From assembly GCA_013298325.1 (NCBI GenBank), contig JAAFHJ010000001.1, positions 1-36,478 of the forward strand: 36,478 bases of DNA, read 5' to 3'. Source of the DNA: Myxococcales bacterium. Lineage in GTDB: Bacteria; Myxococcota_A; Polyangia; Polyangiales; Polyangiaceae. Positions 15,894 to 24,206 of the stretch are shown here, in pieces. The position numbers were made by a program, and so were the translations under genes. Position 1 is the stretch's first letter. Each line of letters opens with the position of its first letter. The notes under the pieces were generated by a model, which saw nothing but the letters and a program-made list of their open reading frames with translations, was not told where the DNA came from and ran no database searches.

Positions 15894-16951
15894 GTGCAGA
15901 ACTGTTTCTATCGGGCTCCGCGCGGCCCGCTCATTTGCTCGATCCGGGGCTCTGCCTCACGCTTCGGCCGATGGCCTATCCGGATTTCTTCGATCGCTAC
16001 AAAGCTGCCATCCGGAACACGTGGACCGTCGATGAAATCGATTTTTCGACCGACGTCATGGATCTTCGCTCGAAGACGGATCCGGCGACGCGCCATCTGA
16101 TCGAGCGCCTCGTCGCCTTCTTCGCGACCGGCGACTCGATCGTCTCGAACAACCTCGTTCTTCATCTTTACAAGCACATCAATGCCCCCGAGGCGCGGAT
16201 GTACCTGTCGCGCCAGCTCTACGAAGAGGCGCTCCACGTCCAGTTCTACCTGACCCTGCTCGACGCGTACATCCCCGATCCCGAGCAGCGGGCGGCCGCA
16301 TTTGACGCGATTGAGCACATCCCGTCGATCCGCCAGAAGGCCGAGTTCTGCTTCCGGTGGATGGCGCAGATCGAAGGAATTGAGCGTTTGGAAACACGCG
16401 AGCACCGCCGCATGTTTCTGAAGAACCTCATTTGTTTTGCTGCGTGCGTCGAGGGGCTCTTCTTCTTCGCCGCCTTCGCGTACGTCTACTTCCTGCGGTC
16501 CCGAGGCCTCTTCCACGGTCTCGCCGCCGGAACAAACTGGGTGTTTCGCGACGAAAGCGCCCACATGGCCTTTGCGTTCACCGTCGTTGAGACGGTACGC
16601 CGCGAAGAACCCGACCTCTTCGACGCCGACCTCCAGGCGGAAATCGTCACGATGCTCGAAGAGGCGGTCGCCTGCGAACTCCAGTTTGCCGAGGATCTCC
16701 TCGGGGCGACGACGCCGGGTGATTCGTCACGGGTGATCGGCCTCGGCCTCGCCGACATGCGCGACTACCTCGGCCACGTCGCCGACTTGCGCCTGCAAGC
16801 ACTTGGAATGCCGAAGCATTTCGGAACGAAGAACCCGTTTGCCTTCCTCGATCTCCAAGACGTCCAGGAGCTCGCCAACTTCTTCGAGCGCCGCGTCTCC
16901 GCCTACCAGGTCGGTGTTTCCGGCGACGTCGTCCTCGACGCCTCGTTCTGA
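15890..16951 (+). CDS. nrdB: Ribonucleoside-diphosphate reductase, class I beta subunit
   Basis: Contains the metal/radical-site motifs GDSIV (Asp), EEALHVQFY (ExxH plus Tyr at H+4), CVEGLFFF and RDESAHMAF (ExxH). ATG 15890 overlaps the nrdA stop (ATGA). Confidence 0.9.
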   Translation: MSAELFLSGSARPAHLLDPGLCLTLRPMAYPDFFDRYKAAIRNTWTVDEIDFSTDVMDLRSKTDPATRHLIERLVAFFATGDSIVSNNLVLHLYKHINAPEARMYLSRQLYEEALHVQFYLTLLDAYIPDPEQRAAAFDAIEHIPSIRQKAEFCFRWMAQIEGIERLETREHRRMFLKNLICFAACVEGLFFFAAFAYVYFLRSRGLFHGLAAGTNWVFRDESAHMAFAFTVVETVRREEPDLFDADLQAEIVTMLEEAVACELQFAEDLLGATTPGDSSRVIGLGLADMRDYLGHVADLRLQALGMPKHFGTKNPFAFLDLQDVQELANFFERRVSAYQVGVSGDVVLDASF

Positions 16952-16969
16952 AGGATTTGACGCGGCGCA

Positions 16970-16997
16970 GGGGGCGTGGCAACTGGCGGACGCCCCT
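16970..16997 (+). other. GC-rich hairpin between the nrdB stop and the next start codon
   Basis: GGGGCGT (16971-16977) pairs with ACGCCCC (16990-16996), plus a G70:T97 wobble. The loop is 12 nt. The 3' arm ends directly at ATG 16998. No T-tract follows. Confidence 0.35.
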
Positions 16998-17723
16998 ATG
17001 ACGCTCCGCCCTCTTCTCCGTGCCCTGCCGTTCGCCATCTCCCTTGCATGGAGCCTGGAAGGGGCTGCCGTCGCGAAGCCGAAAGCGGCCGCGAAGACGG
17101 AAAAAGCCGAGAAAGCCGAAGGTTCTGAGGACGAGGAAAAGCCGGCGAAGAAGGCTGACAAAGCCGAGAAAGCCGACAAGAAACACGCGAAGAAGGACGC
17201 CGAAGACGATGGCGCGAAGCGTGTAAAGAGCAAGTATCTCATCGTGAAGGCGCGCGAGCTGAAGCTCAGCGAGTCGCGCACGGAGGCGCTCGTGCACATC
17301 GCGGAGGCCTACCAAACGGCCACGCACCAGAAGCTCGTGGCAACCGGCGGGACGCGCTCCCCGCTCCGTCAAGCGCAGCTTATGTACGGGAAATTCCACC
17401 ACAAAGGCGATGGTGGAGCCGTCTACGAAAATGGCGCCGCCCTCACCGAGATCCGCAAAGCTTACGACGAGGGGCGCGAAGAGAAGCACTCGCGCGCGAA
17501 GATCGAGAAGGCGATGGCGGCGATCATTGAGGCGCAGGTCGCCCGCGGCGTCTTCATCTCACGGCACCTCCAACGCGGCGCCGTCGACATCCGCTCGCGG
17601 GGCATGAGCAGCACCCAAGAGGCGGCGTTCCGCGCGGCGGTCGCTGCCGAAACGGGCGTCGGCCTGATCGACGAGCGGAGCGGCCCCGAGCCCCATTTTC
17701 ATTTGAATCTCGAAAAGCTCTGA
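16998..17723 (+). CDS. Secreted LAS-superfamily (peptidase M15-like) zinc hydrolase candidate with a Lys/Glu/Ala-rich linker
   Basis: Signal peptide MTLRPLLRALPFAISLAWSLEGAAVA, followed by the low-complexity stretch KPKAAAKTEKAEKAEGSEDEEKPAKKADKAEKADKKHAKKD. The C-terminal domain contains GGTRSP, SRHLQRGAVD (H-x6-D) and a terminal EPHFHL (HxH). This is the LAS/M15 metal-ligand pattern. Confidence 0.55.
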   Translation: MTLRPLLRALPFAISLAWSLEGAAVAKPKAAAKTEKAEKAEGSEDEEKPAKKADKAEKADKKHAKKDAEDDGAKRVKSKYLIVKARELKLSESRTEALVHIAEAYQTATHQKLVATGGTRSPLRQAQLMYGKFHHKGDGGAVYENGAALTEIRKAYDEGREEKHSRAKIEKAMAAIIEAQVARGVFISRHLQRGAVDIRSRGMSSTQEAAFRAAVAAETGVGLIDERSGPEPHFHLNLEKL

Positions 17724-17725
17724 CG

Positions 17726-18460
17726 ATGCTTCCGGCTCTTCTCGTCCACGGCACGGCGCTCGGAGCAATCACTTTTCGAGGATTGAATCGGCGCCTTCGT
17801 GCTCGAGGACTAGAGACTGCCGCGTTTGATCGTCTCGGCTATGATGGCACGCCGGTGCCAGATTCCGCATATTCGCTGCAGGCGGAAGTCGATCACCTCC
17901 TTGCCGGAGCGCGGGCGGCGTTTGGCGGTCAATCGTTTCAGATCGTCGGTCATTCGCTCGGCGGTCTCCTTTCCCTGCACGTCGCTCGAAGCACGAAGCA
18001 AGTCGCGAAGGTGACGTTGCTCGACCCGGTCGCTTCACGACTCCTTTTCGAAAACGATGAACCGGCCGGCTATGCCGACATGAACGAGACCTACCAAGCG
18101 GTCCTCCAGGCCCCCACCGACGAAGCGGCGATCGCCGGATTTATCCATCGGTGGAGCGGGCCAAACGCTTGGAATTCGATGGCACCGTTGGCCAAAAAGG
18201 CAGCGATTTCTATCGTTCCCCGCATGCGCCAAGAACTCATGGCGACACGCAATCACGACCGCGCAACCGAAGATTTGCTCGATTTCAAAGCGCCGATTCA
18301 CGTGGTCGTCGGTGCGATGACGCGGGAGCCGCCGAAAGCGGTCGCGCGTGCCCTCGGACGCCTGCGAAACGCGACGGTCGCCGTCCTCCCCAGAGCCGCG
18401 CACCTCCTGCCGATCTCCCATCCCGACGCCGTCGCCGACGAAATCCTGAACCGGGGCTGA
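17726..18460 (+). CDS. Alpha/beta-fold hydrolase
   Basis: Contains the LLVHG oxyanion motif, the VGHSLGG nucleophile elbow and a C-terminal AAHLLPISHP catalytic His region. It starts 2 nt after the previous stop. Confidence 0.8.
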   Translation: MLPALLVHGTALGAITFRGLNRRLRARGLETAAFDRLGYDGTPVPDSAYSLQAEVDHLLAGARAAFGGQSFQIVGHSLGGLLSLHVARSTKQVAKVTLLDPVASRLLFENDEPAGYADMNETYQAVLQAPTDEAAIAGFIHRWSGPNAWNSMAPLAKKAAISIVPRMRQELMATRNHDRATEDLLDFKAPIHVVVGAMTREPPKAVARALGRLRNATVAVLPRAAHLLPISHPDAVADEILNRG

Positions 18461-18620
18461 CCCGATCCGGGGCACGGGGGAACCAACGATGGGCCGCCCG
18501 CGATCCAAGGGACCCGGCTCAAAACGCCGTCCGTAGCGAGCTTTTTGAAGCAAATTCCGCGCGCCTCAAAAACGTCTCGCACACGTCTCTGCTTGGCACG
18601 GCCCGTGATGAGAAGCGGCT

Positions 18621-19415
18621 ATGCGCGTCGCCACCGCCCTCCTCCTCGCCGTAACCACCACCCTCACCACCCTCGTCGGCTGCTCGAACCCTTCAGACAG
18701 CGCCTCGGACGTCGTCACCTCGGATGCCGACGAGCTCGCCTCCACGGGGCCGACCTACGCCGCCGGGACCACGCTCCGCACGACCTCGCCGCTCAACCTC
18801 CGCAGCGGCGCTTCGACGACCAGCAGCGTCCTCCGCGTGATGCCCGAGGGGGCGACGCTCACCGTGCGCGCGGCAAGCGGCGGGAACGCGTGGGTTGCGG
18901 TTCGCTTCTCGGGCTACGACGGCTGGGCGCACACGAGCTATCTCACGAAGGTCTCTGGTGGGACCACCGGCGGGAGCACCGGCGGATCCTCTGGGAATCC
19001 GGGTGGTTACAGCGCTTCGCGCGGCGCCCAGCTCGCGAAGACGGCCCTTCGTCGGGACGGCTACCCGTCGGGCGGCTGGTGCGCCCTCGAAGTGTCGAAC
19101 TCGGTGGAGCGCTCCGGCGTCGTCCCGAGCGGCGTGAGCTGGTACCGGAACAACGCGATCGACATCTCCGAATACATCGCTGGCAGCACGAGCTACCAGA
19201 ACCGCGTCGGCTTCAAGCGGGTCGGCGTCTCGGCGAACGACATCCCCAAGGGGAGCGTTATTGGCTGGCGCCGCGGCCAGTGCGGATACAACAGCAAATA
19301 CGGGCACATCGAGATCGCGGTCGACGATTCATCCAAGCGCGCCTGCTCGGACTACTGCGGTTCGATCAAGCAGACCTGCGGCAGCCCCTACGTCTTCATG
19401 CCGACGACGCTCTGA
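18621..19415 (+). CDS. Lipoprotein with an SH3b-like domain and a C-terminal papain-like (CHAP/NlpC-P60 superfamily) Cys-His domain; probable peptidoglycan hydrolase
   Basis: The start MRVATALLLAVTTTLTTLVGC carries a lipobox. The SH3b-like segment is LNLRSGASTTSSVLRVMPEGATLTV...WVAVRFSGYDGWAHTSYL, followed by a Gly/Ser/Thr linker. The C-terminal domain has GGWCALEVSNSV (Cys) and KYGHIEIAV (His). Confidence 0.7.
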   Translation: MRVATALLLAVTTTLTTLVGCSNPSDSASDVVTSDADELASTGPTYAAGTTLRTTSPLNLRSGASTTSSVLRVMPEGATLTVRAASGGNAWVAVRFSGYDGWAHTSYLTKVSGGTTGGSTGGSSGNPGGYSASRGAQLAKTALRRDGYPSGGWCALEVSNSVERSGVVPSGVSWYRNNAIDISEYIAGSTSYQNRVGFKRVGVSANDIPKGSVIGWRRGQCGYNSKYGHIEIAVDDSSKRACSDYCGSIKQTCGSPYVFMPTTL

Positions 19416-19437
19416 AGGATACACGGTTGAGTGGCGC

Positions 19438-19469
19438 GAGAAACGGAGGCATCAGCCCTCCGTTTTCTC
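19438..19469 (+). terminator. Intrinsic-terminator-like hairpin after the SH3b-CHAP gene
   Basis: GAGAAACGGAGG (19438-19449), loop CATCAGC, then CCTCCGTTTTCTC (19457-19469, one bulged T). It is followed by GTTTGTGG and begins 23 nt after the stop at 19415. Confidence 0.5.
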
Positions 19470-19534
19470 GTTTGTGGTCAAAATAAACACGGTTTGACTT
19501 GCAGCGTTTCGACGCCGGGGGCAGAAACGGAACC

Positions 19535-20587
19535 ATGAAACGCGGAGCGATTCTCTTCGGCGGTATTCTCGCCCTCGCGGCCGCCGGCGGTTACGTGGCG
19601 CTCACCCACTTCGGGGCGCGACCGGCCGCCGAACTGCCCGCGTCCGCGAGCGCGTCGGCGCCACGGGAGGCAAAGGCGGCAGCACCGCCATCGGCGCCGC
19701 TTACGGTCGTTGCGACGGCGACCCCGTCGGCAGTGGCCAAAGAAGCAGCATTGAAGGTCATCCCCTTTGGCGCCGGAGAGGACGCGCTCGGGCGCGGGAA
19801 AGCGGCGAACGGCGCATCGATCGCCCCTGGCTCCTTTGTGGTCGCGGGCGATGACCTCCTCGTCCTCGACCAGGAAAAATCCAGGCTTCTGACGATCGGC
19901 GGCAAGGCGATCCCGCTCCCCGGGCGGACCGCCCAGGACATCGCCCGCGGCGAAGATGGCTCCCTCGCCGTCCTCGACGGCAAAGAAAACAAAGAGGTTT
20001 CCGTGCTCGGCCCCGATGGGCGCGTTCGCGGAAGATTTCCCCTGCAGGGTACAGGTATCGACGACGCAAAGGACGTCTCCCGCGTCTTCGTCGACGGGAG
20101 CGACGTCTACGTCGAGCGAAACGGCGGCGGCCCCCTCCTGCGCCTCGGAAGCACCGACGGGAGCGCCGCGAAAGAGCGGACCGAAATCGCAGGTATTCCG
20201 ACCCGCGACGGCAAGGGGCTCGTCTCCGCCGGGATCACCAACGAAGACGACGGGCGCGCCTGGGTGAACCTCGCCGACCGCAAAGGGGTCCACCTCTGGA
20301 CGCGGGAACTCCGCTTCCCTGCTGAACTTTCCGCGGTCGGCTTCGTCGACAGCGAGAAGAACGGGACGCTCTGGGTCGTCCTCCTCGCCGGCTCAACTCC
20401 TGCAGATTACACGAATTGGGCCGTCTGCCTCGACGTCGCCGGGAACGTCCGCGGCTCGTTCACGCTCGCCGTGGAAAATCCCCCGTGGGAGAGCTTCCGT
20501 GACTTCGCCGTCCGCGAAAGCGGGGGCCTCGTAGCCGCCGTCCGGAGCGATCAGGGGGTCTCTTACGCGACCTACAACTGCCCCTGA
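19535..20587 (+). CDS. Hypothetical membrane-anchored or secreted protein (repetitive beta-rich sequence)
   Basis: The start MKRGAILFGGILALAAAGGYVAL is a signal/anchor, followed by an Ala-rich linker. About 270 aa follow with repeated short beta-strand-like blocks (LLVLD, SLAVLD, VSVLGPDGRV, VYVERNG, LWVVLL), suggestive of a propeller. I recognise no catalytic motif. Confidence 0.65.
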   Translation: MKRGAILFGGILALAAAGGYVALTHFGARPAAELPASASASAPREAKAAAPPSAPLTVVATATPSAVAKEAALKVIPFGAGEDALGRGKAANGASIAPGSFVVAGDDLLVLDQEKSRLLTIGGKAIPLPGRTAQDIARGEDGSLAVLDGKENKEVSVLGPDGRVRGRFPLQGTGIDDAKDVSRVFVDGSDVYVERNGGGPLLRLGSTDGSAAKERTEIAGIPTRDGKGLVSAGITNEDDGRAWVNLADRKGVHLWTRELRFPAELSAVGFVDSEKNGTLWVVLLAGSTPADYTNWAVCLDVAGNVRGSFTLAVENPPWESFRDFAVRESGGLVAAVRSDQGVSYATYNCP

Positions 20588-20613
20588 GAGTCGCGCAAAC
20601 GGCGGGCTTCAAA

Positions 20614-20657
20614 CAGAAAAAGCGTCGCACTCTTTCGAGAATGCGACGCTTTTTCTG
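20614..20657. terminator. Bidirectional intrinsic terminator between convergent genes
   Basis: A perfect 16-bp inverted repeat: CAGAAAAAGCGTCGCA (20614-20629) and TGCGACGCTTTTTCTG (20642-20657), with a 12-nt loop. The A-run and T-run inside the arms give a U-tract on either strand. It sits between the stop at 20587 (+) and the stop at 20700 (-). Confidence 0.75.
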
Positions 20658-20699
20658 TTCACGAAAGTACCTTTGTCTCCGATCGGAGACAAACGTGAC

Positions 20700-22856
20700 T
20701 CACCAGATCTGGCAGCGGTTCTTTTCCGTCCGTGCCATCGGCTGCCCCGCCGTGCAGCCGAACGCCTCGGCGAAGACGGGCGTGTTCACAAGCGGCCCAT
20801 TTACGCGGAATTTCGGCGGCGAATGGGGGTTCGTCGTGACGAGCGTCTTCATCGCCTCGTCGGTGTACTTGCCGCACCACCCCTGGGCGAAGCCGAGGAA
20901 GAAGCGCTGGGCGTCGGTCACCTGGTCGCCGGTGGCGACGGCCGCCTTCGGGTTTTCCATCGTGAGCGCTGCGTAGGCGAGCGCGATGCCGCCGAGGTCG
21001 GCGATGTTCTCGCCGAGGGTCAGCTTGCCGTTGACGTGGTCACCGTTGACCTGGAAGTCGCTGAATTGCTTCTCGACGCAGGCGGCGCGCTGGACGAATT
21101 CCTCGCCTGCCTTCGGCGTCCAGAAGTCGCGCAGGTTGCCGTCTCCGTCAAATTGGCGCCCTTCGTCGTCGAAGCCGTGGGTCAGCTCATGCCCCATGAC
21201 CATGCCGATGCTCCCAAGGTTCTTCGCGCGCGGCGCGGCGGCGCTGAAGAAGGGGGGCTGGAGGATCCCTGCCGGGAAGACCATCTCGTTCATCGAGGGG
21301 TCGTAGTAGGCGTTGACCGAGGGGGGCGTCATGTACCACTCGCCGCGGTCGACCGGCTTCCCTACCTTCGCCAATTGACGCTTCACCTCGAAGGCGTCGG
21401 ACGCGATCGCGTTGGTGTAGTAGCTCCCCGGTTTGAAGCTTAGGGCGCTGTAGTCGCGATATTTGTCGGGCGCTGCGATCTTGTTCGCGACCTTCGCAAG
21501 CTTCTGGCGCGCATTGGTCTTCGTTGCATCGTCCATCCAGACGAGGCTGTTCAAACGCTCACCCATCGCTTTTTCAATGGCGACAACCATCTCGCGAGTC
21601 GTCGTCTTGCCCTGGTCGCCAAGCGTCTTCTGCACGAAGGCTTTGCCGAGCGCTTCGCCGATGGCGCCATCGGTGGCGCGGACGCAGCGCTTCCACCGCG
21701 GCGGCTGGGACTTCTGACCACGGAGCTCCTTCGCAAAGGCGAACTGGGCGTCGGTCCATGATTTTCCGAGGGCTGCGGCCGATCCACGAAGCAGAACCGA
21801 AGCGAGATAGGCGCGGAGAACTTCCGGCTTCTCCTCTTTCGCCACGAGCTTGGCGACGGTCGCCACGTAGTCGGGCTGGGCGACGTTCAGGTTCGCCGGT
21901 GCCGAACCGAGCGCAGAAAAGTAGGTCTTCCACGCAAAATCGGGGACCTGTTTCGCCAATGCGTCTGCGGTCATCGGATGATTGAGCTTCTTCGGCTCGC
22001 GACGATCTTCCTTCGTCATCTGCGCGGTGGCGAGTTTCGTCTCAAACGCAAGAACCTGCGCCGCCAGACCGGCCGCATCCTTCTCGCCGGCGAGCTTAAA
22101 GAGAGACGTAAGATAAGCGGTGTACGCCTCACGAAGATGGGGGAACTTCCCGTCGGTCTTCAGGTAATAGTCGCGATCCGGAAGCCCAAGCCCCGACTGG
22201 TCGACGCCAGCAACGACCTTCGTTGCGTCGCCGAGGTCTTGCATCGAGCCGATGCCGAAGAACGGGGCGAACCCACGTGCATGGAAGCTGCCGACGATCT
22301 TGGCGATGTCGTTCGCCGTCTTCGCCTTCGCAACGGCAGCGAGGTCGCCAGCGAGCGGCTTGCCATCGAGTTTGTCGAGGGTCGCCTCATCCATGCAGGA
22401 TGCATAGAAATTTCCAAGGCGGAGCGTGTCGGCGTCCGCCTTGTCTTTCCCAGCTTTTTTCGGGTCTTTGGCGACGGCGGCTGCGTTCTCAAGAACCTCC
22501 TTGAGGAGGAGCTCGTTCTTCAGGCGGATCGTCGAGAAGCTCCGCATCCAGGTGCTCTCGTCATCGGGAATGCTCGTCTTCGCGAGCCAGCCGCCGCAGG
22601 CGAATTGATAGAAGTCGTCGCAGGGGCTCGTCGCACGGTCGAGGGCCGCCTCGTCGTCGGCATCAAGCCCGAGCATTTTCCCTGCGAGCGGCCCTTTCGG
22701 GATCGCCAGCGGCGCGACGGCGGTCGCCGACGGGGTGGCGCTCGGCGGCGGCACGGAAGCGACCGGCTTTGCCTCACCACCACCGCAGGCATACGCGGAG
22801 GAAACGAGTGCGAGAACAAGGGGATAGACGACGCGGGAGCGACCGAGGGGGTTCAT
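20700..22856 (-). CDS. M13-family zinc metallopeptidase (neprilysin/PepO/endothelin-converting-enzyme-like), lipoprotein
   Basis: Contains VMGHELTHGFDD (HExxH), LGENIADLGG (ENxADxGG) and NAYY. The C-terminus ...NRCQIW is typical of M13 (CxxW end). The start MNPLGRSRVVYPLVLALVSSAYAC carries a lipobox (ATG 22856). Confidence 0.9.
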   Translation of the reverse strand: MNPLGRSRVVYPLVLALVSSAYACGGGEAKPVASVPPPSATPSATAVAPLAIPKGPLAGKMLGLDADDEAALDRATSPCDDFYQFACGGWLAKTSIPDDESTWMRSFSTIRLKNELLLKEVLENAAAVAKDPKKAGKDKADADTLRLGNFYASCMDEATLDKLDGKPLAGDLAAVAKAKTANDIAKIVGSFHARGFAPFFGIGSMQDLGDATKVVAGVDQSGLGLPDRDYYLKTDGKFPHLREAYTAYLTSLFKLAGEKDAAGLAAQVLAFETKLATAQMTKEDRREPKKLNHPMTADALAKQVPDFAWKTYFSALGSAPANLNVAQPDYVATVAKLVAKEEKPEVLRAYLASVLLRGSAAALGKSWTDAQFAFAKELRGQKSQPPRWKRCVRATDGAIGEALGKAFVQKTLGDQGKTTTREMVVAIEKAMGERLNSLVWMDDATKTNARQKLAKVANKIAAPDKYRDYSALSFKPGSYYTNAIASDAFEVKRQLAKVGKPVDRGEWYMTPPSVNAYYDPSMNEMVFPAGILQPPFFSAAAPRAKNLGSIGMVMGHELTHGFDDEGRQFDGDGNLRDFWTPKAGEEFVQRAACVEKQFSDFQVNGDHVNGKLTLGENIADLGGIALAYAALTMENPKAAVATGDQVTDAQRFFLGFAQGWCGKYTDEAMKTLVTTNPHSPPKFRVNGPLVNTPVFAEAFGCTAGQPMARTEKNRCQIW

Positions 22857-22890
22857 CAGCGAGCGACTCAACTCGGTTGCTCGCTCGCTG
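22857..22890 (-). other. Perfect 10-bp GC-rich hairpin abutting the M13 peptidase start codon
   Basis: On the minus strand: CAGCGAGCGA, a 14-nt loop, TCGCTCGCTG, then ATG immediately. No Shine-Dalgarno sequence is visible. It lies 31 nt downstream of the upstream SGNH gene stop (22922). Confidence 0.4.
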
Positions 22891-22921
22891 GCAAGGGGCA
22901 CCGCCCTCCCGCTTTACCGTC

Positions 22922-23866
22922 CTACTTTTTCTTTTCGACTTTTTCCGGCGGCGGCAGCGCAAAATCGTCCACAATCTTTGCCCACAACGCCTTTGCGGCG
23001 GCGTGCCCGCCGGCACCAGTCAAATGAAGTTTATCGTGGCCTCGTGTCGCCGCGAGCTTCCCATCGGGCCCTTCGGCCTGCTCCTGAAAGGTCCCATCGG
23101 CGTTCGTGAAGAGCGCAAAGGTGTCGAAGAAGGCCCCGTTCTCCAACGCCGATCCCGCCTCAGCCAACGCGCTGTCGACCGCCTTCATCATCGGCGCATG
23201 CTTCTTCTCGGGATCGAAAACGTGTCCAGAGAGGTAGACGCGCACCCCTTTGTCCTCGAACATTTTCGCAAAACCGACCATGCGGCGCGCGTATTCGTGG
23301 GTCCAGCCATCGCTGGCGAGCGTGTAGCGCTCCTTCTTGTCCTTCGATGTGAGATCCATGGCGTCGTTCGGGCCGAGGCTAACAACGAGAATGTCCGGAG
23401 CGCCCGTTGCGAGTTCCTTCTTCGCAATGTCGTACCAGTCGGCTTTGTTCTGGTTCACGAGGCCGCTGGAGTTTCTGAAGAAAGTACGTGCTTTGAAACG
23501 ACCGTCGCTATGGGCAATGTTCTCGAGGGCTTGCCCGACCGGCTGGGCGGTAGAATCTCCCATCGTCCACACCTTGAGCGGTCCCGTTGCGCCCGCGCGG
23601 CGTGTGGCTCGGGGTGCGGGCGGTGCGGCCGGTGCAACGGAAGCGGCAGGCGTCGCACTCGCGCTGCCTGCGACGGCCAAAACGGCCGAATTTGCGGGGG
23701 GAACGGCGGTGACCGCCGCAGAGCCGGAACCGCTCGCTTCGAGGGCGGGTGCAGGTGCAGGTGCAGCCTTTGTCCGCGCGTCGTCGCTCTGGATGGCGCG
23801 CCCATCGCGGCAGCCGGCGAACGCAAGGGCAACGCAGAAGACGAGCGGAGTACGAACGCGGAACAT
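22922..23866 (-). CDS. SGNH/GDSL-family hydrolase lipoprotein
   Basis: The start MFRVRTPLVFCVALAFAGC carries a lipobox, followed by an Ala/Pro-rich linker. SGNH blocks are VWTMGDSTA (I), NSSGL (II), SLGPND (III) and DKLHLT (V). Confidence 0.8.
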   Translation of the reverse strand: MFRVRTPLVFCVALAFAGCRDGRAIQSDDARTKAAPAPAPALEASGSGSAAVTAVPPANSAVLAVAGSASATPAASVAPAAPPAPRATRRAGATGPLKVWTMGDSTAQPVGQALENIAHSDGRFKARTFFRNSSGLVNQNKADWYDIAKKELATGAPDILVVSLGPNDAMDLTSKDKKERYTLASDGWTHEYARRMVGFAKMFEDKGVRVYLSGHVFDPEKKHAPMMKAVDSALAEAGSALENGAFFDTFALFTNADGTFQEQAEGPDGKLAATRGHDKLHLTGAGGHAAAKALWAKIVDDFALPPPEKVEKKK

Positions 23867-23947
23867 GGTTGGGGACAGCTACCGCGACCGACGGGCGGTG
23901 ACCAGATTCCCGCGCAACCGCAGCGGCGCCTTCGGAATCGATAGGCC

Positions 23948-24187
23948 GTGCGCGGCGTAGCAAAAGCAAATTTACCGAGCAAAATCTGCGTCGTTTGCGC
24001 GCGCCCCTTTGTGTGGAGAAAGAAATGGGAGCGCTGTTGGCAGGAAATCACGACCTGCTCGGACGCCTGTCGCCGCGCACGTACACGCACGCGGCCGCCG
24101 GTGGAAGGGGCGCAACAGCGATGGGCGGAACGCCCCTTGACGGACAACGGCCCCTCTTCTAGGAGGCGCGTTCCCATAAGTGAGTAG
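23948..24187 (+). CDS. DUF2256-like small zinc-ribbon protein
   Basis: PSKICVVCARPFVWRKKWERCWQEITTCSDACRR matches the CxxC...WRKKW...CSxxCR pattern I associate with DUF2256. The start is GTG. The basic C-terminal tail is longer than I would expect, so the boundaries are uncertain. Confidence 0.6.
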   Translation: MRGVAKANLPSKICVVCARPFVWRKKWERCWQEITTCSDACRRARTRTRPPVEGAQQRWAERPLTDNGPSSRRRVPISE

Positions 24188-24198
24188 CTGCTCACTTA
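24177..24198. promoter_or_regulatory. AT-rich 22-bp near-perfect palindrome, candidate TetR operator
   Basis: In TAAGTGAGTAGCTGCTCACTTA, the outer 8-bp arms TAAGTGAG/CTCACTTA are perfect and the inner 3+3 has one mismatch. It ends 9 nt before the TetR ATG (24207) and overlaps the DUF2256 stop. It is conspicuous in a GC-rich background. Confidence 0.45.
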
Positions 24199-24206
24199 CC
24201 CATCCC

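Noticed and set aside
17103-17176. A 17-nt direct repeat AAAGCCGAGAAAGCCGA (17103-17119 and 17160-17176), considered as a possible tandem-repeat or CRISPR-like signal.
   Set aside because: It lies inside a coding Lys/Ala/Glu low-complexity linker (KAEKAE / KAEKAD). There are only two copies and no spacer architecture. It is ordinary codon-level repetition.
18594-18608. Sigma-54-like element TGGCAC-N5-GTGA upstream of the SH3b-CHAP lipoprotein gene.
   Set aside because: The -24 half is perfect, but the -12 GC dinucleotide is replaced by GA. The element ends only 12 nt before the ATG, which would imply a leaderless mRNA. I cannot support it without transcription-start-site data.
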